The translations under genes and the position numbers were made by a program. This document shows positions 15,214-22,935 of a DNA stretch of 25,426 nt, piece by piece. Below the pieces are notes generated by a model. That model ran no database searches. It saw only the letters and a program-made list of their open reading frames with translations, and had not been told where the DNA came from. This DNA comes from a virus (Duplodnaviria; Caudoviricetes): IMG/VR virus record IMGVR_UViG_3300037511_000105, positions 1 to 25,426 of that record, one strand, 5' to 3'. Each line of letters begins with the position of its first letter. Within the stretch, counting starts at the first letter, position 1.

Positions 15214-15692
15214 GGCCGAGTTGGGATGAGCAAGGGCAAGCATTCGCGAAAGCGGCCTCTATCCGAGGTGACTGTACTCGCCGTAGTGTCGGCGCTGCGA
15301 TTCTTGATTCTGATCACCGTATCATCGGTGCTGGTTATAACGGCTCTTATCCTGGTGGCCCTAGTTGTCTAGAAGGGCAGTGCCCGCGAGGGCGGCACTA
15401 CGAGATCGAGCCCGAGCTGGCCCCCGGCCTGTGGCGTCGGCACGAATGTGCCTGCGGCGAGAACTGGCCCTGCCCCGACGCCGTCGCCCCCGGTTCGTCG
15501 TACGACACCGGACCCGGGGCGTGTGTCGCGGTCCACGCGGAAATCAACGCCATTCTCGACGTCTCAGATCGTCGTCGGCTGGTCAATTCCACGATGTTCA
15601 TCACCTGTGCCCCGTGTGACGGGTGCTTGAAGATCATCAAGAACACAACGATAAGTAGGGTCGTCTGGCCCGGAGGTGAATATGTCCGCTGA
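15204..15692 (+). CDS. dCMP deaminase
   Basis: RPSWD, CTRRSVGA, GYNG, HAEINA, PCDGC. Confidence 0.93.
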   Translation: MSVRPSWDEQGQAFAKAASIRGDCTRRSVGAAILDSDHRIIGAGYNGSYPGGPSCLEGQCPRGRHYEIEPELAPGLWRRHECACGENWPCPDAVAPGSSYDTGPGACVAVHAEINAILDVSDRRRLVNSTMFITCAPCDGCLKIIKNTTISRVVWPGGEYVR

Positions 15693-15831
15693 GCAGTTAA
15701 CCCGCGAAGAGCTGGAGTGGGTCGGGGAGATCGTCTGGCAGTACCGGGAGGACCGGGACTGGACACAGGGGGAATGGGCTGAGCTACAGACCATCCTGGA
15801 CAAGGTAGACAGCTTGCTGGAGAGGGAATGA
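15682..15831 (+). CDS. hypothetical protein (49 aa; not in ORF track)
   Basis: RBS GGAGGTG; MSAEQLTREELEW...; fills the gap between flanking genes. Confidence 0.7.
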   Translation: MSAEQLTREELEWVGEIVWQYREDRDWTQGEWAELQTILDKVDSLLERE

Positions 15832-15834
15832 AGT

Positions 15835-16983
15835 ATGGAGTACTTCTTATCCCACAGCGACGTCAGCACATTTAAGAGCTGCCGTCAGAAGTGGGACTAC
15901 AGCAGTGCTAACCGCCAGTCCCTGAGGCACAAGAAGACCCCCGCCCTCTACCTTACGGAGGGGAGCGGCTTTCATGAAGCAGTGGAGGCCGCCGCGTACG
16001 GGCGGGACCCCTTCGAGGCCTGCCGGGTGTACCTGGAAGCCGAGCGGGCCAAGGTCGAACAGGCCTTCAAAGAGGAGACGGGCAGCATGCCCTGGGCCTC
16101 GGAGATGGCCCCGTTCGATGAGTCGGCCGAGATGATCATGGCCGTGGTCAAGCAGTACTTCGACCACTACGGTATAGAGGACTCTCTGGCGGACCAGGGT
16201 CTGACATACCTCGCGGCGGAGATCCCGTTCAAGATCCATACACCCATCGTGGATCACTACGGGCTCACTCAGGACGTGTACTACGTCGGCACGTTCGACG
16301 GGATCGCGGAGGACGAGCACGGCGGGATCTGGGTGGTCGAGAACAAGACCTACAGTGCCCGCCCGGACGTGGAAGACCTCCAGTACCATTCCCAGATCAA
16401 CGGCTATGCCGTGGCGTTCGAGATGCTTACCGGCATACCGCTCACGGGCTCCCTGTACAACGGGGTGGCCAAGCAGTTGATCAAGTACCCCAAAGTCCTG
16501 ACCAATGGTCTGGTGTCAGTGGACCAGCGCCAGTTGGTGACCCTCCAGAGCTATCTGACAGGGTTGCAGCAGGCAGGGCAGGACCCCTTCGACCCTAGGT
16601 ACACCGAGATCCTGGCGTACCTCCAGGAGAGGGAGCGACAGGGGGATTCGCGGTTCTTCCACCGCGAGAAGGTCTATTTCAAACGCCCTCAGATCGAGTC
16701 CTGGTTCACGGACTTCGAGAAGGTGGCGTATGAGATGATCTCAGATCCCAGTATCTACCGGACAGTTCCCTACAACGGTTGTGGACCTCGGGGCCAGGCC
16801 TGCTGGTTCAGGGATCTGTGCCATACCCAGTATGACGGTGGGGATGTCCAAAGTGTCCTGGATACCCGGTATATGACGGGTACTTACGGAACAATGCTGG
16901 CTATGCAAACGGAACCAACTATGGTATCCTCTGTCAGCGAACTCAAAGAGCTGCTACAGGAGCTGAAGAATGCCGGAGAGTAA
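15835..16983 (+). CDS. Cas4/RecB-like PD-(D/E)XK exonuclease
   Basis: SHS..STFKSCRQKW, GSGFHE, GTFDG, VVENKT, QINGY, C-terminal C-x6-C-x5-C Fe-S ligands. Confidence 0.88.
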   Translation: MEYFLSHSDVSTFKSCRQKWDYSSANRQSLRHKKTPALYLTEGSGFHEAVEAAAYGRDPFEACRVYLEAERAKVEQAFKEETGSMPWASEMAPFDESAEMIMAVVKQYFDHYGIEDSLADQGLTYLAAEIPFKIHTPIVDHYGLTQDVYYVGTFDGIAEDEHGGIWVVENKTYSARPDVEDLQYHSQINGYAVAFEMLTGIPLTGSLYNGVAKQLIKYPKVLTNGLVSVDQRQLVTLQSYLTGLQQAGQDPFDPRYTEILAYLQERERQGDSRFFHREKVYFKRPQIESWFTDFEKVAYEMISDPSIYRTVPYNGCGPRGQACWFRDLCHTQYDGGDVQSVLDTRYMTGTYGTMLAMQTEPTMVSSVSELKELLQELKNAGE

Positions 16984-17239
16984 GAAGCAGTACTTCGTCC
17001 AGGTGGGACGTCACCCGGAGCCGAGCGAAGAAGAGATGTACGGCAACATGGGGTCGGAGTACATGGCACCCACCAGCGAATGGGATCCGGTTGCCAACAT
17101 CCTCTGGGACCGCACCGGCAGGCTGACCGAGAGCTTCTACGAGGCCGAGGCGCACGCGATTATCGCGGCCAAGACGTACAAGAACGTCCGTATCGCCGAG
17201 AGCGAGATATCGGTCGTCTCCTACGTGGGTGGTGAGTAA
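16970..17239 (+). CDS. hypothetical protein (89 aa)
   Basis: RBS AGGAG; high GC3. Confidence 0.75.
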   Translation: MPESKKQYFVQVGRHPEPSEEEMYGNMGSEYMAPTSEWDPVANILWDRTGRLTESFYEAEAHAIIAAKTYKNVRIAESEISVVSYVGGE

Positions 17240-18004
17240 TTGGCCGTCTTAGGTAGCAAAGGTGGCTTACCCGAGTTCCGCAAAGCGTCCGACTTCGCTG
17301 GGCGTAAAGGCCTCAACATGGTCTTGTTCGGGCCGCCCGGGGTGGGTAAAACGACGCTGGCGTGTACCGCCCAGGACTCCGAATTCGGCTCCGACGTCCT
17401 TCTATTCGATATCGAGGGAGGCGTCGAGTCCGTCACCGACCGAGACGATGTGGCAGTTTGGCCCAATCTTGAGGATCTACCGGGCCTCACCTGGAACGAG
17501 TTCCGGAAGATCGTGGATCAGCTCATCGCGGTCGGCAAGGACTCACCGTACAAAACACTGGTATTCGACTCGCTGTCCGCGATCTACTACGACCTCATCA
17601 TCCCCAAGGTCGTGGGTAACCGGGAGAAGCAGCCGCAGCAGAACCAGTGGGGTGAGTGCAACCGGATCCTGGTCAAGTTCATCTCCGACGTGATGGTGCT
17701 CAATGCCTACGGCATCAACACCATCTTCATCGGCCACGTGAAGGAGGAACAGGACGGCGATGTCATCAACATTCGTCTCGCTGGAACTCCGCAGGGCCGC
17801 GATGAAGTCCTCCGGGTGGTTGGGAACGTCGGGCACCTCGGTTGGGACCGGAAGCTGGAGAATCGAATTCTCTCCTTCAAGGTTCAGCGTCGAATCGAGG
17901 GGCCCAAGTTCCGGCAGCCGACCACGGGGGATCAGATGCCCCTAGAGATCACCAATCCCAAAATGCATGATGTGCTCAAGTACGCCCGTAAGGTGAAGAG
18001 TTGA
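17240..18004 (+). CDS. AAA_24 / Sak4-like recombination ATPase
   Basis: GPPGVGKTT, LFDIEGG, TLVFDSLS, IFIGH; lies between the exonuclease and the SSB. Confidence 0.85.
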   Translation: MAVLGSKGGLPEFRKASDFAGRKGLNMVLFGPPGVGKTTLACTAQDSEFGSDVLLFDIEGGVESVTDRDDVAVWPNLEDLPGLTWNEFRKIVDQLIAVGKDSPYKTLVFDSLSAIYYDLIIPKVVGNREKQPQQNQWGECNRILVKFISDVMVLNAYGINTIFIGHVKEEQDGDVINIRLAGTPQGRDEVLRVVGNVGHLGWDRKLENRILSFKVQRRIEGPKFRQPTTGDQMPLEITNPKMHDVLKYARKVKS

Positions 18005-18354
18005 TGCATAGCAGCCTGAACATCACAGCCCTCGTGAGCCCCGAGGTGGCCGCAGTAGAGGTCCACGGGGTGGACGTGCGGGGCCTCTACGAGGACGACA
18101 TGAAGGGTACCGGCTGGTCCAAGCGGCACCCCGAGGATCTCCCTAACGAAGAACTCGCCTTCAACCTCGCCATGGCCCGAGCCCTCCAGGATCTGGCCAA
18201 CGAGTACGCACGCAAGGCCGCCGACCTCGCCGGGTTCCCGGTCGTGGTCGACCTGACCGGCGTGGCGGGCGACGACGGCCTTGAGGCCGCTGTCGTCCAT
18301 TACCCCGCCCCCATCGCCAACACCAACACCGTCGAAGAGAAGGTTGCATACTGA
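18004..18354 (+). CDS. DUF1876 (Rv2632c-like, dsRBD-fold) protein
   Basis: GTGWSKRHPED...ELAFNLAMARALQDLA matches the family pattern G.G.ArrhP.D....iG.elA.aRAL.dLa. Confidence 0.7.
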   Translation: MHSSLNITALVSPEVAAVEVHGVDVRGLYEDDMKGTGWSKRHPEDLPNEELAFNLAMARALQDLANEYARKAADLAGFPVVVDLTGVAGDDGLEAAVVHYPAPIANTNTVEEKVAY

Positions 18355-18804
18355 ATGGGCATCACGCGAATTGACTTCGGGTCCGTCGAGTTAAAGGAGC
18401 GCAAGGCCTTCAAGGCGTTAGCCGACGACTCGAAGGTGCGCGCGGTAGCGAAGTCGTTCAAGTACGACAAGGCGAACACCGGCACCCCGTACATCGAGGT
18501 CAAGTACGAGATCGATGACGAGGACGCCGTGGACATCGACGGCGGGACCGACTACGGGTCCCTCTGGGACAAGATCTACTTCTCCGAGAAGTCGGTCAAG
18601 ATGGCCAAGCTCAAGCTCAAGGGCCTCGGCGTGGATGTCGATGCACTGGTCATCGAGGACGAGGACGACCTGAGGGACCTGGTGGAGCACCTCAGGGACG
18701 ACTTCACCGATCAGGAAGTCGTTCTGATTACGGAGAACGAACCGTCCTTCAAGGACGAGACCGTGATGGTGACTCGCGTGAAGTTCATCAACCAGGTCAC
18801 CTGA
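18355..18804 (+). CDS. putative ssDNA-binding protein (DUF669-like)
   Basis: GTPYIEVKYEI...LWDKIYFSEK pattern; acidic; typical position after Sak4. Confidence 0.65.
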   Translation: MGITRIDFGSVELKERKAFKALADDSKVRAVAKSFKYDKANTGTPYIEVKYEIDDEDAVDIDGGTDYGSLWDKIYFSEKSVKMAKLKLKGLGVDVDALVIEDEDDLRDLVEHLRDDFTDQEVVLITENEPSFKDETVMVTRVKFINQVT

Positions 18805-18816
18805 AGTTGATCTTGT

Positions 18817-18850
18817 AGGGCCCGGCCGTCCTGATAGCGGCCGGGCCCTT
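18817..18850 (+). terminator. GC-rich hairpin after the SSB gene
   Basis: Perfect 12-bp inverted repeat AGGGCCCGGCCG / CGGCCGGGCCCT, 9-nt loop. Confidence 0.65.
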
Positions 18851-18864
18851 CGGGAAGGACCCTC

Positions 18865-19284
18865 ATGAGAATCTGGGCATTTGACCCGGGGTCAGTTGCT
18901 ACCGGGGTAGCCCGAACCCACCAGCGGTCGGCCTTCTGGGACGCGTTCCAGGTGGCCGATGAACTGGACGTCAAAGAGTACTTCTGGTTGTACGAGCATG
19001 ACCAAGATGACGTGTTCCTGATCGAGATGTACCGCAGCGGCGGGTATCTCAACAAACATGCACAACGAACTATCGAAGTGATCGGGGGGCTCAAGATGCT
19101 GATCCGCTCCCACACAGGCATCGATCCTGTGATGGTCACTGAGCAGGCCAGGCTCTCGGGCCAACGCGAGGCCGCTGCACTGATAGGCGACGACATTGAC
19201 GTCCTACGGACGGATCCTGAGCGTAAGGACGCATTCAGTGCCCTGTCGCACGCGTGCGCATACCGTAGAAGGATAAATGGCTGA
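18865..19284 (+). CDS. RuvC-like Holliday junction resolvase
   Basis: IWAFDPG..TGVA, FLIE, EVIGGLK, KDA; RNase H-fold acidic residues. Confidence 0.75.
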   Translation: MRIWAFDPGSVATGVARTHQRSAFWDAFQVADELDVKEYFWLYEHDQDDVFLIEMYRSGGYLNKHAQRTIEVIGGLKMLIRSHTGIDPVMVTEQARLSGQREAAALIGDDIDVLRTDPERKDAFSALSHACAYRRRING

Positions 19285-19468
19285 GCAGCAGAGGAAAGAG
19301 AAGCAGGCGTCCGCGCCTCAGGAGGAGGTCGAAGAGGTTGAAGCTAAAGACCTTTCGAACGAAGCTCTGGCTGATGATGTGGAAGATCTCCTCGCGGATA
19401 TAGACGATCTGCTGGAGGAGAATGCCGAGGAGTTCGTGAGCAACTACAAGCAGCGAGGTGGGCAGTGA
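19277..19468 (+). CDS. pup: prokaryotic ubiquitin-like protein Pup
   Basis: 63 aa; disordered N-terminus; C-terminal half DDVEDLLADIDDLLEENAEEFVSNYKQRGGQ closely follows the Pup consensus (D.lLDEIDdvLEeNAEdFV..yvQKGG[QE]); RBS GAAGGA. Confidence 0.93.
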   Translation: MAEQQRKEKQASAPQEEVEEVEAKDLSNEALADDVEDLLADIDDLLEENAEEFVSNYKQRGGQ

Positions 19469-20019
19469 CTCACGCCGCCACGGAGAGCCACTACAAGGGC
19501 CGGTTAGCCGAAGTCAAGGTGCTGGGCCAGTTCGCTGCCTGGGGGTGTGAGGTCGCCCCCGTGCTGGGGGAGAACACCTCGTGCGACCTGCTGGCCCTCA
19601 GGGCTGGCAACCCCTGTGCCTACCGGGTAGAGGTCAAGGCCGCGAGTTTCCGGGGTAAGAGCCGGTGGCCGGTAGCCACCATCGGCGGCGGCGGCGGGAG
19701 CAGCGGGGGCAACCGCAAGCACACCCCTATCGACACCGACCGCTTCGACATCCTCGCGGTGTACTGCGAGGAATGGGATCTGGTGTTCGCTTGGTGGGCT
19801 TCCCAGATCGATGTAAAACACTCCTGGACCTTGACCCGGGAGCGGCAGGCAGCAGCAATCACGGACGGGGCTGAGTTAGACCTTGTGGAAGTCGCAGTTA
19901 TGGAAGAACGGGAAGTGGGAGGACTATGCCTCTGCGGCGTCTGTGGAGCTATGCACTCTGATGCTCGCCCCTCTCTTGCAGACTCGGCCGACCATTCGCT
20001 GGCAGATAGTGGAATGTGA
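19465..20019 (+). CDS. PD-(D/E)XK endonuclease (group I intron-associated / PDDEXK_5-like), probably a free-standing homing nuclease
   Basis: KGRLAE, CDLL, RVEVK, FDILAVY. Confidence 0.75.
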   Translation: MTHAATESHYKGRLAEVKVLGQFAAWGCEVAPVLGENTSCDLLALRAGNPCAYRVEVKAASFRGKSRWPVATIGGGGGSSGGNRKHTPIDTDRFDILAVYCEEWDLVFAWWASQIDVKHSWTLTRERQAAAITDGAELDLVEVAVMEEREVGGLCLCGVCGAMHSDARPSLADSADHSLADSGM

Positions 20020-20606
20020 TGAGCGCCCCAAGCCTAAAGTACTCCCTTACTCTTGACCGTGCCGACTTCGAGGACGCCGACCGGTTAGTCCGGGCCGTTC
20101 TGTTCCAGGGCAAACCCGAGACGCCGCTGCGGCCGAGAAAGGTCACGGACGTCGCTGAGCATCTCCGCAAGGACGATCAGCGGTACATCGCCAAGGAACT
20201 GGCCAAAGGCGGGTTGGACGGGCTCTGCTACAACTCCAGCAGCACGTCGAAGACGTTCACGGTATGGATCAATCCGAATCTGGACCCGTACACCGACCTG
20301 TACCGTACGACCCTGTTACACGAACTGGTCCACGGATACCTTCGGGAGTACCGGCACGGCCGGAAATTCCGCCAGGCCATCGGCCGGGTCCTGTACCACT
20401 ACTGCGACATCGTCAGCCCGTTGCAGGACCCCGGAGCCGTCATCAAGACGTACGGACTCTTCTACTCCCGCCGGGGCTCCCAGGAGTCGTCTGCGGAATA
20501 CCTGCTGCGCCTCCAGCGAGAGGGGGAAGAGATCCGGGACACCGCCGAGAACGAGTACAGCGACATCCTCGAAAGCTACCTGGTCCTAGGAGGGACCTGG
20601 CCCTAG
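20016..20606 (+). CDS. SprT-like zinc metalloprotease
   Basis: GLC ... TLLHELVH-x6-HGRKF (HExxH...HG..F). Confidence 0.75.
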   Translation: MMSAPSLKYSLTLDRADFEDADRLVRAVLFQGKPETPLRPRKVTDVAEHLRKDDQRYIAKELAKGGLDGLCYNSSSTSKTFTVWINPNLDPYTDLYRTTLLHELVHGYLREYRHGRKFRQAIGRVLYHYCDIVSPLQDPGAVIKTYGLFYSRRGSQESSAEYLLRLQREGEEIRDTAENEYSDILESYLVLGGTWP

Positions 20607-20619
20607 GAGGGACCTCAGC

Positions 20620-20709
20620 ATGATCACAGACATCATCCTCCGCGTCGTGTCCTGGCTGCACGAACGCCTCTGCCCCTGCACCGTCACCTTCGGTGAGGAC
20701 GAGGACTGA
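20620..20709 (+). CDS. small hypothetical protein (29 aa; not in ORF track)
   Basis: RBS AGGAGG; MITDIILRVVSWLHERLCPCTVTFGEDED. Confidence 0.55.
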   Translation: MITDIILRVVSWLHERLCPCTVTFGEDED

Positions 20710-20711
20710 CA

Positions 20712-20939
20712 ATGCCCAAGGTCTGGTTAGCGTACGACGCGCCCGGTGACGAATGGGAAGTCGTTGCCGGGGAGCGCCCCGAGTGGGCCGAGTGGGCGGT
20801 CGAGGTGGAGATGAACAACTCGCTCTACCGGCAGATCAAGGCCGCCATGAAGAACTACTACAAGTTCCAGGACCACCTTGCCCGCTGGGCGGAAGAGGTC
20901 GGGTCCGGCCAGCGAAAGAGGATCAGCAATGGCGGATGA
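20712..20939 (+). CDS. hypothetical protein (75 aa)
   Basis: RBS GAGG; high GC3. Confidence 0.75.
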   Translation: MPKVWLAYDAPGDEWEVVAGERPEWAEWAVEVEMNNSLYRQIKAAMKNYYKFQDHLARWAEEVGSGQRKRISNGG

Positions 20940-21654
20940 CGCCCCGGTCAAGCTCAAGTCGGATGTGGACGTCGAGTTAATCGACTGGATGGGGGACGAT
21001 GTCAGCATCGTCCAGGCGGCCCGGGTCTCCACGTTGGGCTGGGACAACGGCGACCCCGACAATGGCAACGGCAAGGTTGCAGGTCTCATCAACTTCCTCA
21101 TGAGGGATCGTCATGGAACCCCCTTTGAGCATAACTCTTTCACGTTTCGAATCTCTGCCCCTCTGTTTGTGTTCTACGAATTCCATCGACACCGTATTGG
21201 CTGGAGTTATAACGAGGAATCAGCCCGTTATCGTGAGCTGGAGCCTGTGTTCTACGTGCCAGGCGCTGAGCGGGCTCTCCGTCAGATCGGCAAGCCCGGG
21301 GCGTACACCTTCGAACCCGGCGACTACAAGCAGCAGGCCCTGACCCGTGGCTCACACCTCCGGGCCGCCAGGGAGTCCTGGAGCGAGTACCTGTGGATGC
21401 TGGACCATGGCATTGCTCGGGAGGTTGCGCGCAACGTCCTTCCGGTGTCGGTGTATAAAACGATGTACGCTACATGCAATCTTCGGAGTCTGTTCTCCTT
21501 CCTCTCACTTCGCTGGGCGCATCCACTGTCCACCGTTCCCACATTCCCGCTTGCGGAAATACAAATGGTGGCTGAAAAACTGGATGCGCAGGCACGGCCC
21601 ATCTTCCCGCTGGCTTTCGAAGCATTCGACAAGAACGGACGAGTAGCACCATGA
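20929..21654 (+). CDS. thyX: flavin-dependent thymidylate synthase ThyX
   Basis: AARVS, HGTPFEH, RHRIGWSYNEESARY, AREVARNVLP, NLRSL; start ATG 20929. Confidence 0.95.
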   Translation: MADDAPVKLKSDVDVELIDWMGDDVSIVQAARVSTLGWDNGDPDNGNGKVAGLINFLMRDRHGTPFEHNSFTFRISAPLFVFYEFHRHRIGWSYNEESARYRELEPVFYVPGAERALRQIGKPGAYTFEPGDYKQQALTRGSHLRAARESWSEYLWMLDHGIAREVARNVLPVSVYKTMYATCNLRSLFSFLSLRWAHPLSTVPTFPLAEIQMVAEKLDAQARPIFPLAFEAFDKNGRVAP

Positions 21655-21827
21655 GTGACGACGAGTACACCTGGGAGCAGCACGTACAGGAGTGCCTGGA
21701 GTCCCTGATAGCGGACCTGGACTACGACCTGTTCAAAGCCCTCAAGCGGGGTGAGGAGACCGGGGAGGACCACTTCCCCAGGATCACTCAGGGCTTCCTG
21801 GAGGCCCTCCGACACTTCGATAAGTAG
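21651..21827 (+). CDS. hypothetical acidic protein (58 aa; not in ORF track)
   Basis: ATGA overlap; MSDDEYTWEQHVQEC...; high GC3. Confidence 0.7.
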   Translation: MSDDEYTWEQHVQECLESLIADLDYDLFKALKRGEETGEDHFPRITQGFLEALRHFDK

Positions 21828-21832
21828 GGGCT

Positions 21833-22066
21833 ATGGCAGCCGTACCTGAGATGACAATCCCGATCCGCTTCCTCACCACGGTCGAGTTTGAGCCTGAGAA
21901 CTTGGCCTGGGAAGTCTGGAAGCAGTCCGAGGCCACGGACCAGATCTTCGACTTCATCATGACCCTGGACCAGTTCGTGGCCGACTACGACTTCACCGTC
22001 CGGCTAAGGGACGCCCTGACCGAGGCCCTACGAGTGGAAGACGAGGCCACCAGTGGCGATGTCTGA
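21833..22066 (+). CDS. hypothetical protein (77 aa)
   Basis: Fills the gap in the operon; high GC3. Confidence 0.7.
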   Translation: MAAVPEMTIPIRFLTTVEFEPENLAWEVWKQSEATDQIFDFIMTLDQFVADYDFTVRLRDALTEALRVEDEATSGDV

Positions 22067-22568
22067 AGTCACCTGCTCGCACGAGTCCTGGGACTGTACT
22101 AACGCTTATTCGTGGCACCACTGCAACGACTGCGATTTCCGGTGGTCCTCGGACAGCACCTTCGGCCAGGCTTACCAACTCGGCAAATGTAACGTCTGTA
22201 ACCAGGGCCCGGAGTCGGAGTCGATGTTCGTTACCAAGGACAGCGGTGAGCGCGAAGAGTACGACTCCGGGATGGTCCGGGATACCCAAGAGGGGAAACC
22301 ACGATTCGACCTGCTCCTGCCTCTCGGAGTGCCTTACTCGGATCAGTTCCTCACTCGGGTCGCTGGTCTCCTCGCTCGCGGAGCTAGCAAGTACAGTGAG
22401 CGAAACTGGGAACTCGCTGAAGGCCCTGGGGAGTTGGCTCGCTTCAAATCCTCCGCGCTCCGACATCTGATGCAGTGGCTGAACGACGAGAGTGACGAAG
22501 ATCACGCAGCCGCTGTGGTCTTCAATCTGCTGGCCTACGAAACAATCAAGTGGAAGATGAGCCCATGA
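22059..22568 (+). CDS. DUF5664-like dATP/dGTP diphosphohydrolase domain protein with a Cys/His-rich N-terminal extension
   Basis: KDSGER..YDSGMVRD..EGKPRFDLL, GASKYSERNW, SALRH, DEDHAAAVVFN. Confidence 0.8.
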   Translation: MSEVTCSHESWDCTNAYSWHHCNDCDFRWSSDSTFGQAYQLGKCNVCNQGPESESMFVTKDSGEREEYDSGMVRDTQEGKPRFDLLLPLGVPYSDQFLTRVAGLLARGASKYSERNWELAEGPGELARFKSSALRHLMQWLNDESDEDHAAAVVFNLLAYETIKWKMSP

Positions 22569-22801
22569 GATACTCGATCACCGTCCGGGAGAAGTGGAAC
22601 ACCACCGGGACGTGGAGCCAGTACAACACGTCCAAGTGGGAGTGGGAGTTGTACGACGACGACGAGCAGCTCCTGGACCAGGGCACACGGGACACCGAGT
22701 CCCAGGCCCGCAAGGCGGCCGAGCTGGCAGCCGACCTGGACTACAAGATCAAGAACTCTGCGTACCACACCTACACCTACAGCCCCCCGTCGGCGTCATG
22801 A
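22565..22801 (+). CDS. hypothetical protein (78 aa)
   Basis: ATGA overlaps at both ends. Confidence 0.75.
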   Translation: MRYSITVREKWNTTGTWSQYNTSKWEWELYDDDEQLLDQGTRDTESQARKAAELAADLDYKIKNSAYHTYTYSPPSAS

Positions 22802-22935
22802 GCTGGCTCCTGTGGCTCCGTCAGGAGGTCTGGTACCACCGGCACATGCGGTGTCACACCGCAATCGAGTGGAGTTCTGACCTGAGCCAGTTCGCCATCA
22901 GGTGCACCCCTCACGGAAGCGTATGCCCGTCGTGA
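22798..22935 (+). CDS. small Cys/His protein (45 aa)
   Basis: ATGA overlap; MSWLLWLRQEVWYHRHMRCH...RCTPH. Confidence 0.5.
   Translation: MSWLLWLRQEVWYHRHMRCHTAIEWSSDLSQFAIRCTPHGSVCPS

Noticed and set aside
15835-16983. Cas4 as evidence of a CRISPR-Cas system
   Set aside because: No array or other cas genes; the exonuclease-Sak4-SSB context is a standard phage recombination module.
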